This document shows positions 53,099 through 62,236 of a DNA stretch of 64,000 nt, in pieces. Position 1 is the stretch's first letter. Every line of letters starts with the position of its first letter. Location: positions 1 to 64,000 of IMG/VR virus record IMGVR_UViG_3300020810_001156, one strand, 5' to 3'. The translations under genes were made by a program, and so were the position numbers. The notes under the pieces were generated by a model. It did not search any database, was not told where the DNA came from, and saw only the letters and a list, made by a program, of their open reading frames with translations.

Positions 53099-54004
53099 AT
53101 GTCTTGGGGATTATTTAAAAGAAACGTAATACGAAAGACAAATCCAAATAACAATCCTTCTTTAGATATAAATAAGGTTGCAACTATTTGGGCTGATGAA
53201 TATGATGCTGCGATAAAAAGAGGAAAAGATTTTATTAATTTAGAATCAGTACAAGCTGGTAATAAAGAAATAATGAAAAATCTTTTTAGAGTTGCGTTAT
53301 TAAAAGGATTGGCAACACCACCTGGCGTAAATTTTTCATTACCAAATGAATTTGGGAATGGTGTAAAAGCTTATTGGGCCGGAGCCCAAATGAACCCATT
53401 TCCAATTCCACTAATTCCAGCACCCGGTTCAATTCAAAATTTAGTAGTAAATTCTAATATTGTAACTAATGTGGGGGTGTGGCCTCTATACCCACCATTA
53501 AAACCCGCTAAAAAACAAGAGATAATAGTAAATATGTTTATACTTGCCGCTATTGTGCATTTATTTTCGATAGGTGGTGTTATACAAACAACTTCACTAT
53601 ATCCATCGGCACCATCCCCAATACCCGCTCCTGGTGTTATAATTTGGACGGGATATTTAATACCACCCGCAATCCCTATTCCAAATCCAAACTTCCCATC
53701 TGCGGATGGTAGTGAACTACCTGTAATAGAGCAGGTTGATAATAACACTATAAGTGAAGTTGGTCCTATTCAAGAATATGAATTACCCAATGATAGTGAT
53801 GATAGTGGATTAGGTGATGGTATAAATGGAGATGGTAGTGGATTAGGTGATGGTATAAATGGAGATAGTTCTTTTGAAGATATGGTAAACTCATCTTTAG
53901 GAGATGATATTAATGATATTGGTGATGGTAATAATATCAACAAACAAATAGAAGAATTTAAAAAACAATTAGTAGCAATACGACCAGATTGTATTAAAAA
54001 TTAA
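53099..54004 (+). CDS. hypothetical baseplate-region protein
   Basis: ORF track; context. Confidence 0.75.
   Translation: MSWGLFKRNVIRKTNPNNNPSLDINKVATIWADEYDAAIKRGKDFINLESVQAGNKEIMKNLFRVALLKGLATPPGVNFSLPNEFGNGVKAYWAGAQMNPFPIPLIPAPGSIQNLVVNSNIVTNVGVWPLYPPLKPAKKQEIIVNMFILAAIVHLFSIGGVIQTTSLYPSAPSPIPAPGVIIWTGYLIPPAIPIPNPNFPSADGSELPVIEQVDNNTISEVGPIQEYELPNDSDDSGLGDGINGDGSGLGDGINGDSSFEDMVNSSLGDDINDIGDGNNINKQIEEFKKQLVAIRPDCIKN
53803..53866 (+). repeat. tandem 33-bp-period coding duplication (SGLGDGINGD x2)
   Basis: TAGTGGATTAGGTGATGGTATAAATGGAGAT at 53803 and 53836. Confidence 0.9.
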
Positions 54005-54019
54005 AAAAACCTAAATCAA

Positions 54020-54028
54020 ATATTTATA
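54020..54028 (+). promoter_or_regulatory. putative phage late promoter (ATATTTATA-TAGAAAGGA)
   Basis: Same extended context as 36333. Confidence 0.55.
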
Positions 54029-54050
54029 TAGAAAGGAAAACATTTTAACA

Positions 54051-54584
54051 ATGGATACTGATAAATTAGTAAAAGCAATACAGATTATAGTTAAGGAGGA
54101 AATCAAAGTGATTCTTCCCAAACTCGTTAAAGAAGGTGTTAAGAAAGAAATGGCTAAGTTATTGAAAGAAAACAAAAAACTTAAAGAAGCTATTACACCA
54201 AAACAACCAACATTTATGGATTCAAATGTAATGGAAGAACCAGTTCAACCACAAAAAACATTTAGTAAGAATCCTGCATTAAATGAGGTATTGGCACAAA
54301 CACAACCCTTTAACTCACAACAAAGAAGTGGAACTAATGTTCCATCATATGCTGGGGCACCAACCGAAGTATCGTCTGGTACGATGAACTTCGATTCAAA
54401 CTCAGTACATACATTAGGTGCATCAAATATAGCACAACAAATGGGTTACGGAGATATGGCACCAAAACAAGGTTTAGGTGTTCATACTGGAAACGCTGGA
54501 TTGGATAAAGCACTAAATAGAGATTATAGTGGTTTAATGAAAGCATTGGATAAAAAGAAAGGTCCTTGGAGACCGGGAATGTAA
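54051..54584 (+). CDS. hypothetical structural-module protein
   Basis: ORF track; LNEVLAQT and ALNRDYSGLMK motifs. Confidence 0.8.
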   Translation: MDTDKLVKAIQIIVKEEIKVILPKLVKEGVKKEMAKLLKENKKLKEAITPKQPTFMDSNVMEEPVQPQKTFSKNPALNEVLAQTQPFNSQQRSGTNVPSYAGAPTEVSSGTMNFDSNSVHTLGASNIAQQMGYGDMAPKQGLGVHTGNAGLDKALNRDYSGLMKALDKKKGPWRPGM

Positions 54585-54592
54585 TATAGATT

Positions 54593-55021
54593 ATGGCAGT
54601 TGAGTTAGGAAGAAGAATTGTTAAAGATACCATTGCATACGCAAATTATGCTATTGGTATTACATTACCATTAACTTTTGGTAAAAATACCTTTGAACAA
54701 TCTTTTCTAACTAAAGACCAAGTTAAATCAAATATTAAAAATCTTCTACTTACTAAAAGGGGGGAACGTATTTTACAACCTGAATTTGGTAGTGGAATCC
54801 AATCGTTATTGTTTGAACCAAATGTAGATGATTTAGAAGGTAGAATAGAAGATACAATAAACGAAAGTTTAGAACAGTGGTTACCTTATGTTACGGCAGA
54901 AGAAATTGATATTGAATCAACTGATGAATTGAGAGATAACAATAAATTAAATGTTTCAATTAAATTTAGAATTGGTGATGATATTAATTTAGAAACCTTA
55001 ACATTCACAGTTCAGGGATAA
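54593..55021 (+). CDS. baseplate wedge protein (T4 gp25/GPW family)
   Basis: VKSNIKNLLLTKRGERILQPEFGS, QWLPYV. Confidence 0.9.
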   Translation: MAVELGRRIVKDTIAYANYAIGITLPLTFGKNTFEQSFLTKDQVKSNIKNLLLTKRGERILQPEFGSGIQSLLFEPNVDDLEGRIEDTINESLEQWLPYVTAEEIDIESTDELRDNNKLNVSIKFRIGDDINLETLTFTVQG

Positions 55022-55027
55022 TAAGAT

Positions 55028-57061
55028 ATGGCAATTACAAAAACAACAAAGAATTTTAAGGGTAGAGGTAAGGATATAAAATACCTCAATAAAGATTTTA
55101 CTGAATTCAGAACTAATCTTATTGAGTTTGCTAAAACTTATTTCCCAACAACTTATTCTGATTTTAACGAATCCTCTCCTGGTATGATGTTCATTGAAAT
55201 GGCATCTTATATTGGAGATTCACTTTCATATTATGTTGATGATACCTTAAAGGAATCATTAATGGTACATGCTGATGATATTGAAAATGTAATAGCACTT
55301 TCACAATACTTAGGATATAAACCCAAAGTATCCGCACCAGCAGTAACAACTTTATCTGTCTATCAATTAGTTCCTTCAACTGGAACTGGTGCAAACAATA
55401 CATTTGATGAAACATATCTTTTAAAGATAAAAGAAGGTATGATATTGGAATCTTCAAATGGAGTATCTTTTATTACAAAAGATGTAGTTGATTTTTCGGA
55501 TTCAACTGATAGAGAAATTACAATATACCAAACCGATTCGGTTACTGGAGAAACATCATTTTATTTAGTAAAGAAATTAGTAAAAGTTATTTCGGCAGAA
55601 GTAAAAACTGAAGAATTTACATTTGGTTCATATGAAGAATTTCAAAAAATTGATTTATTGGATACAAACATTATAGATATCTATGATGTACGAGATTCAA
55701 ATGGAAACAAATGGTATGAAGTTCCCTACTTAGCACAAGAATTGGTATTTGTGGATTATCCGAATACGGAAAGTAATGACCCAGACCTTTATCAATTTAA
55801 ATCAACAGTACCATATGTATTAAATACACTTAAAACATCTCGTAGATTTGTTAAACAGGTTAACCCAGATAGTACAACAACTATTCAGTTTGGTGCAGGA
55901 GACCCAACAGCGAATGATGAAACGATTATACCTAATTTAAAAAATGTTGGATTGGGATTACCCAATTCTATTTCTAAATTAGAAGAATCATTTGACCCAA
56001 CTAACTTTTTAAAAACCAAAACTTATGGTTCATCACCATCAAATACAACCATAACTGTAAAATATTTAGTTGGTGGTGGTGTAGAATCAAATGTTCAAAA
56101 AGGAACAATTACTCAAATTAGAAATAGTGAATTTGAAGAAGATACAACATTATTCACACCAACGCAGTTGGCAATTTATAATTCAGCTAAAAATTCAATC
56201 GCAGTAGATAATGAAGTTCCTGCAACAGGTGGTAAAGGTGGTGATACTATTGAAGAAATAAGACAAAATGCTTTAGCAAACTTTGGTTCTCAGAATAGAG
56301 CAGTAACTGCTAAAGATTATGAAGTAAGAGCATTATCAATGCCAACTAAGTATGGTTCGGTTGCAAAGGCATACGCTACGGCAGATGGTACATTAGATAA
56401 CAACTCACCATCATCAATTCTTTCTTCACCAAAAGCTCTACAAGAGTTTACTGATTTAGTGATGAGTTTTGTTGAGAAGCCAGATAGTGAAGAACCTGAT
56501 AGAAAAAGCGTTCAACAAGAAATACAAAAATATCTAACTGGAAAAACATCAAATGATAATGAAAAAAATAATCCATTCGCAATAAATTTATATTTGTTAG
56601 GGTATGATTCAAATAAAAAATTATCAAATCTTAATAGAGCAGTAAAGGAAAATTTAAAAACATATCTATCGGAATATAAAATTTTAACCGATGGTATTAA
56701 TATTAATGATGGGTTTATTATTAATATAGGAATTGAATTTGAAGTAATTACTTTAAAAAATTATAATAAAAGTGAGGTAATTTCTGATTGTATATCCGAA
56801 TTAAAAGATTATTTAAATATTGATAATTGGACATTCAACAATACAATTAATATTTCAGAATTAGAATTAATTGTAGCAAATGTTGATGGTGTTAGTTCAG
56901 TACCAAAATTAAAAATTGTAAATAAGTGTGGTGGAGAATATTCACCAAACTCATATAATATAGAAGCGGCGATTAAAGATAAGATTTTATATCCATCTTT
57001 AGACCCATCGGTTTTCGAAGTTAAATTTCCAGATTCGGATATTAAAGGGAGGGCAAGATAA
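55028..57061 (+). CDS. baseplate wedge protein (T4 gp6 / baseplate J-like)
   Basis: YLNKDF..FR..L, DFNESSPGMMFIEMASYIGD.LSYY.D, QNRAVTAKDY. Confidence 0.9.
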   Translation: MAITKTTKNFKGRGKDIKYLNKDFTEFRTNLIEFAKTYFPTTYSDFNESSPGMMFIEMASYIGDSLSYYVDDTLKESLMVHADDIENVIALSQYLGYKPKVSAPAVTTLSVYQLVPSTGTGANNTFDETYLLKIKEGMILESSNGVSFITKDVVDFSDSTDREITIYQTDSVTGETSFYLVKKLVKVISAEVKTEEFTFGSYEEFQKIDLLDTNIIDIYDVRDSNGNKWYEVPYLAQELVFVDYPNTESNDPDLYQFKSTVPYVLNTLKTSRRFVKQVNPDSTTTIQFGAGDPTANDETIIPNLKNVGLGLPNSISKLEESFDPTNFLKTKTYGSSPSNTTITVKYLVGGGVESNVQKGTITQIRNSEFEEDTTLFTPTQLAIYNSAKNSIAVDNEVPATGGKGGDTIEEIRQNALANFGSQNRAVTAKDYEVRALSMPTKYGSVAKAYATADGTLDNNSPSSILSSPKALQEFTDLVMSFVEKPDSEEPDRKSVQQEIQKYLTGKTSNDNEKNNPFAINLYLLGYDSNKKLSNLNRAVKENLKTYLSEYKILTDGININDGFIINIGIEFEVITLKNYNKSEVISDCISELKDYLNIDNWTFNNTINISELELIVANVDGVSSVPKLKIVNKCGGEYSPNSYNIEAAIKDKILYPSLDPSVFEVKFPDSDIKGRAR

Positions 57062-58128
57062 TGGCATACTATTTTTTAACAGCATCAAAAGATGCATCGG
57101 TGTACTTACAACAACCCGACCAAAACGCTGGTTTAGATGAGGTATTAGAGGTTAGTAAGGTTTATTATGGTAACATCAAAGATGTATCCAGAGCACTTCT
57201 TAAATTTGATGTAACTGGATTATCATCTAGCTTAGCAGATGGGTCTGTAACAATGTCTGAAGCAACCCTTATATTAAAAGAAACCGAATCAGAAGAACTT
57301 CCATTAGAATTTACATTAGAAGCATATCCAATTTCACAAAGTTGGGAAATGGGTAATGGTACTCGTTTTGATGATATTACAACATCGGGTGTAACTTGGA
57401 ATAATAGAGAAGGTGATTCTACACTAAGATGGTTGGAAACATCTGAGTTTAGTAGTGTATCTACTGGTTCTTATGAAGGCAAAGGTGGAACATTTTATTA
57501 CGCATCTTCTTCATTACAAAACTTTGAATATAAAACTACCGATGTTTATATAGATATCAAAGATATTATGATTGATTGGATTAGTGGTTCTATTCCAAAT
57601 GATGGAATCATTCTAAAATTACCATTTTCAAAAGAAACAGATACAAATGATTATGGTATTCTTAGGTTTTTTAGTAAAGAAACAAACACCATTCATCAAC
57701 CAAAAGTTAGAATAGGTTGGGATGATACATCATTTTCAACTGGTTCGTTGACTGAGTTAACATCGGAAGAAATAAAAGTTGGAATTAAAAATTTTAAAAA
57801 AGAATATAAAGTAAATACAACTCCAAAATTAAGAGTAGTTGGTAGAGATTTATATCCAATAAAAACATTCTCATCAACATTACAATATAGTATTAGTAAA
57901 TTTTTACCAATAACATCATATTATCAAATATCCGACTATCATTCAGGTGAAGTAGTAGTTCCATTTTCAGATTATACAAAATTAAGTTGTGATTCCGATG
58001 GAAATTACTTTAAATTAAATTTATCTAATTGGGAAGTTGATAGGGTGTATATTATAGAATTTAAAGTTAGTATCAATGGAACTGATTATTTCTTTGATGA
58101 TGATTATACATTTAGCGTAATTTCATAA
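57061..58128 (+). CDS. virion structural protein (DNRLRE-like beta-sandwich)
   Basis: ASKDASVY, SRALLKFD, W.MG.G, FFSKET.TI.QP; context. Confidence 0.7.
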   Translation: MAYYFLTASKDASVYLQQPDQNAGLDEVLEVSKVYYGNIKDVSRALLKFDVTGLSSSLADGSVTMSEATLILKETESEELPLEFTLEAYPISQSWEMGNGTRFDDITTSGVTWNNREGDSTLRWLETSEFSSVSTGSYEGKGGTFYYASSSLQNFEYKTTDVYIDIKDIMIDWISGSIPNDGIILKLPFSKETDTNDYGILRFFSKETNTIHQPKVRIGWDDTSFSTGSLTELTSEEIKVGIKNFKKEYKVNTTPKLRVVGRDLYPIKTFSSTLQYSISKFLPITSYYQISDYHSGEVVVPFSDYTKLSCDSDGNYFKLNLSNWEVDRVYIIEFKVSINGTDYFFDDDYTFSVIS

Positions 58129-58131
58129 ACA

Positions 58132-59448
58132 ATGTTTAAAAAGAATAGAGCACAAAAAAAGGCAGAATCTATAAAACGAGGTCAAGCTGGTATGGGTAAT
58201 GAAAAAGAACCTATGAAGCGTGGACTTGGTAGAGATGAGTTTGTCAAAAAACTTAAAGAAGGTGGTTCTCTAAATCTTCCTAAAAAAAACGAACGTGGTG
58301 TACGCATCGCTAAAAGAAATGTAGTTAAGGGAAGGCCAATTAATCCATTATCGGATGTAATTAAAAATAGACCATTTGATTCTACAACAATAGAACCAAA
58401 TGTAAATCCATCTACAATAAATTGGGATGGTGTTAATAGTGCTGATTATGATGAATTATATGGATATATTAGTGAGCAAGAAATAGATGGTGGTATCATA
58501 GGCGGTCAACTAATTAGACCTAAATATGATAGTGTTGAATTGGAAAAATCAATAGATACTAGAATATTTGAACTTATACCAAACACACCAGCACCACAAC
58601 CAGATACAGTACTTCGTTCAGTATATAATACAGCATTAGAACAAATAGAAGATTTAACTGCCGAGGTTGAAAGATTAAATAATGATGTTAGTAATTTAAA
58701 TTCAATAATAGCTGAATTAGAAAGTATAGTTGCTGCATTAAGAATAGAAACCGATAATGAAAAATTAAAAGCTAATATTGCAAATGACCAAAGAGATATT
58801 GCTAATACTCAAATTGCATCAACAACAATAGATTTACAAAACGCGGTACAAAACTCAATCAACGAAGCAATCGAAAGAGTTTCTTTAACCGCTAGAATAG
58901 AGGCATTACAAGAATCGTTTAGAGTACAAAAAGAACTAACTGAAGAAAGAGAAAAACAAAATGCTGCACAAAACGCATTAGAAGGATTAAATGGATTCTT
59001 CCAACAAACTGAAAATAGTGGATGGAAGATATCAGCAAACGATGTAAATGAAGAGGGTAAGAAGGGATTAAAAATTGCATCTCGTAAACCCGATGAAGTT
59101 TCGATAGTAAATGGTTCTAAGGGTGTTGCATTCTTTAACTTTACAACTGAAGAACAAACATTTACATTATCTGAAAGTATTAGTTGGCTTGACGGCCCTA
59201 AAACTTGGAAAGTTCCTGCTAGAAATGAACAATCTGCTGGTGTAACTACTGTTACATTTAAGTGGACACCTCTTGGTAAAACATCTAAAAGAAAACAAGA
59301 AAAAAGCGGAACTCTTATAATTAATACATCAGCTGGTGATAAATTGGAGATAAAAGCATATTATTGGAAACGAGTTAAGAGAAAAGACAAGTGGGGAAGT
59401 AGAGGTACTGCTCAAGTATTTGTTGGTGAAGATAAAACAGGTGGATAA
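58132..59448 (+). CDS. coiled-coil virion protein
   Basis: Central heptad region; context. Confidence 0.75.
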   Translation: MFKKNRAQKKAESIKRGQAGMGNEKEPMKRGLGRDEFVKKLKEGGSLNLPKKNERGVRIAKRNVVKGRPINPLSDVIKNRPFDSTTIEPNVNPSTINWDGVNSADYDELYGYISEQEIDGGIIGGQLIRPKYDSVELEKSIDTRIFELIPNTPAPQPDTVLRSVYNTALEQIEDLTAEVERLNNDVSNLNSIIAELESIVAALRIETDNEKLKANIANDQRDIANTQIASTTIDLQNAVQNSINEAIERVSLTARIEALQESFRVQKELTEEREKQNAAQNALEGLNGFFQQTENSGWKISANDVNEEGKKGLKIASRKPDEVSIVNGSKGVAFFNFTTEEQTFTLSESISWLDGPKTWKVPARNEQSAGVTTVTFKWTPLGKTSKRKQEKSGTLIINTSAGDKLEIKAYYWKRVKRKDKWGSRGTAQVFVGEDKTGG

Positions 59449-60716
59449 TGGCAATTAAAACATTTAAGGAAATAATAGAAAATAAAGGGTATCGAATTTC
59501 TACTAAAGATAGAGAAATTTTCGAAAAAGGAACCCTGCAATCTTTTTTCGGATTTTCTGATGCGGATATGATTGAGTTCATTGTTTATGATGCCAATGAT
59601 AATCAGCTTCCTCAGGGTGATGAAGGAAAGTTAGTTAGATACATTCCACTTAGTTCAGAAAACATTAAAGATTATTTTTTAATCGCAGATGGAACCGAAT
59701 TTCAGGCATTTAATTTTCCCAATGAATATTTTATTGATGCAGAACGATTAATTAATGAGGCGGGATATAATAATGGTATATTTAAAGCACAAATAACACT
59801 ATTAAATAAAAGAGTTGGATTTGATAACTTAAATGAAAAACTTTGGATTAAAGAAATATCTCCATCGAGAACTGAAGTAAAGTTACTACCGATTCGAAAT
59901 GAAGTTTCAGAAAAAACTGATTTATTAACCAGATTTAATATTATGGTAAATGGACAATCTTTTAGGGATGATATTTTACCATATATAGGGGAATTTGTTG
60001 AAAAAATAGATTCAAAAGAAATAGATTCATTTATTAAAAAGACATATACTGAAAAATGGTATAACAAATTAGTTTCTGAGTTTGGTGTTAGGGAGTTCGA
60101 TAGATTAATGACAAGAATACATAAACAATTTGCAGAAGCGATGAAATATGAATTTTTAAATAGAAATTCTTACATTGGTGATGTAAACTATGGTAAAAAG
60201 AAACCGACAAAAGAATCATTATCTTTATCAAAAGAAGCAGTGTACAAAACAGCTCAGAGAATCTTAATAGAATGTGTAGATAAATTTTTGCCACAAAGAA
60301 CAATTCAATCAAGAACAACTAGAGAAAATGAATTTGATGCTAGTAGAGATAAAGTTGGTAAAATTATAAGAACTAGAGAATCGGATGTAATTATTCAACC
60401 GAATGTGCCGGGTATTGAGGTAACAAAAGAAAAACCTCTACCACAAACAAAAGATGAATTTAAGGAATCAAAAAATTTAGAGGTAGCTATTAAAAAAGAA
60501 GTACCATCTGAATTACCAATTCCAAAATTTATAAAAGAAAATCCGATTAAAAGTAAAAAGAAAAGTATATTTAAAAATAAGTTTTTGGGATTGGGTACTG
60601 GTAAACGAATACCGCTTGAAAATGATAAGAGTGGTGCATTTACAAAAAGACCAAATCCAATAACAACACCAGTTACAAATCAAAGAGGTGGAGGAGGACC
60701 TTCTGATATAAGTTAA
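59448..60716 (+). CDS. baseplate-region structural protein
   Basis: WIKEISPSRTEVKL motif; context. Confidence 0.75.
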   Translation: MAIKTFKEIIENKGYRISTKDREIFEKGTLQSFFGFSDADMIEFIVYDANDNQLPQGDEGKLVRYIPLSSENIKDYFLIADGTEFQAFNFPNEYFIDAERLINEAGYNNGIFKAQITLLNKRVGFDNLNEKLWIKEISPSRTEVKLLPIRNEVSEKTDLLTRFNIMVNGQSFRDDILPYIGEFVEKIDSKEIDSFIKKTYTEKWYNKLVSEFGVREFDRLMTRIHKQFAEAMKYEFLNRNSYIGDVNYGKKKPTKESLSLSKEAVYKTAQRILIECVDKFLPQRTIQSRTTRENEFDASRDKVGKIIRTRESDVIIQPNVPGIEVTKEKPLPQTKDEFKESKNLEVAIKKEVPSELPIPKFIKENPIKSKKKSIFKNKFLGLGTGKRIPLENDKSGAFTKRPNPITTPVTNQRGGGGPSDIS

Positions 60717-60721
60717 TAATT

Positions 60722-62236
60722 ATGCCAGCACCAATAAAAAATATCGATTATGATGAAGTATATGACCCTAATGAGGGTGATAATACTGGACCACAAGAGC
60801 CAGACCAAGACCCTGGTGTAGGTAATGGCCCTGCTACTGGCGATACTGGTGATACTGGTAATACTGGTGGTAATAGTGGAGGTAACTCACCAAAGGGACC
60901 TTATGGTGATACAGAAGACCCAGAAGAACCACCAAAGGATACTATCTCAGACCCTATTTTATTTATTATAAAAACTAATGAAAAGGGATTTTCAACTTTT
61001 GTAAATGATGAAAAAGTTGGTATAAATTCATTGGTAAGAGTTACAAGAGAATCATTAGCAAGAACTGGTGATAAAAAAATAAAAGTATCTAAAGAGGGTT
61101 ATGTATGTAACGAATACTACATCGTATCTATGTTAGATGATGGGGCTCCCATTATAGAAAATCAAGGATTAAAACCGGAAAACCAATTACTTGGAATAAA
61201 TACAAAAGCAATTTCTCTTATCAAATATGTTGATAATAAAATTGTAGAAGAAAAGGGTATTGCTAGTGTATCTTCTATTGATTTAAATTTTAAATTAAAT
61301 AAAAAACCAGTAAATACAGGCGGTGGACGTGATGAATATGAGGAACCAAGTAGTTATAAAGTAAATTTTTTAATAACTGGTGAGGGATTGCCGGTAAGTG
61401 TACTAAAAAATGGAAATAAAAATGCACAATTTTTTCCATCTATTGGACAGAGTTCATATGAAGATGTTGAAGGAACAAACTATGTAATAAGTTCAGCTGA
61501 TACTTCTTTGTATAGGATTACTCGTATTGATATTCTCAAACCAGATAATAAACCCATTATAATAGAAGCGGATGCTGGTGAATCGTTGGAAACAACATTA
61601 AAATTGACATCTGAATATAGTATTGGCATAGATACCGAAAAGATACCAGTTCCATTACCAGGATTAGACCCTCAAATATCATTGGTAAATGGAGACCCAA
61701 GAAAATATAATATTAACACTAAATCTGGAGTACCACTACTGGTTCAGATGAACGATGATGTGCAAGCAATAACAGTTGTAGTTGGTGATGATGTTTTGGA
61801 ATTTGATGATTTTGGTAGAGATAATTATGAGGAACCGGGTGGAAAGGTTGTTGGTATAACAATACCTCATAGGGTTTTTAACAAAATAGGACAATATAAT
61901 ATAAAATTATTTCCATTTTCATTTGATGATTATGAAAATCAAGTTAGAGAATCGGAACAACCTATTACTATAACACCAAAAGAAGTTACACCTAAGTTTG
62001 TACAAAACGAAAAAGAATTACCCCCACCACCACCAAAACCAGAGGATAAGGCTAATCCATATAAGCCAGTATCTACACCATCTGGTGGCTCTCCTCGTAG
62101 AGGTGGCGGAGGTGGAGGCGGAGGCCGAAACGAATTTATAGAAAGAGACGAATTTAATGATTTTGGAGATAGATTCGATGACTTTGGAAGAGATGATAGC
62201 ATCCTCAGACCTAATTATGATATAAGACAATTCTAA
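60722..62236 (+). CDS. structural-module protein with low-complexity termini
   Basis: ORF track; context. Confidence 0.75.
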   Translation: MPAPIKNIDYDEVYDPNEGDNTGPQEPDQDPGVGNGPATGDTGDTGNTGGNSGGNSPKGPYGDTEDPEEPPKDTISDPILFIIKTNEKGFSTFVNDEKVGINSLVRVTRESLARTGDKKIKVSKEGYVCNEYYIVSMLDDGAPIIENQGLKPENQLLGINTKAISLIKYVDNKIVEEKGIASVSSIDLNFKLNKKPVNTGGGRDEYEEPSSYKVNFLITGEGLPVSVLKNGNKNAQFFPSIGQSSYEDVEGTNYVISSADTSLYRITRIDILKPDNKPIIIEADAGESLETTLKLTSEYSIGIDTEKIPVPLPGLDPQISLVNGDPRKYNINTKSGVPLLVQMNDDVQAITVVVGDDVLEFDDFGRDNYEEPGGKVVGITIPHRVFNKIGQYNIKLFPFSFDDYENQVRESEQPITITPKEVTPKFVQNEKELPPPPPKPEDKANPYKPVSTPSGGSPRRGGGGGGGGRNEFIERDEFNDFGDRFDDFGRDDSILRPNYDIRQF

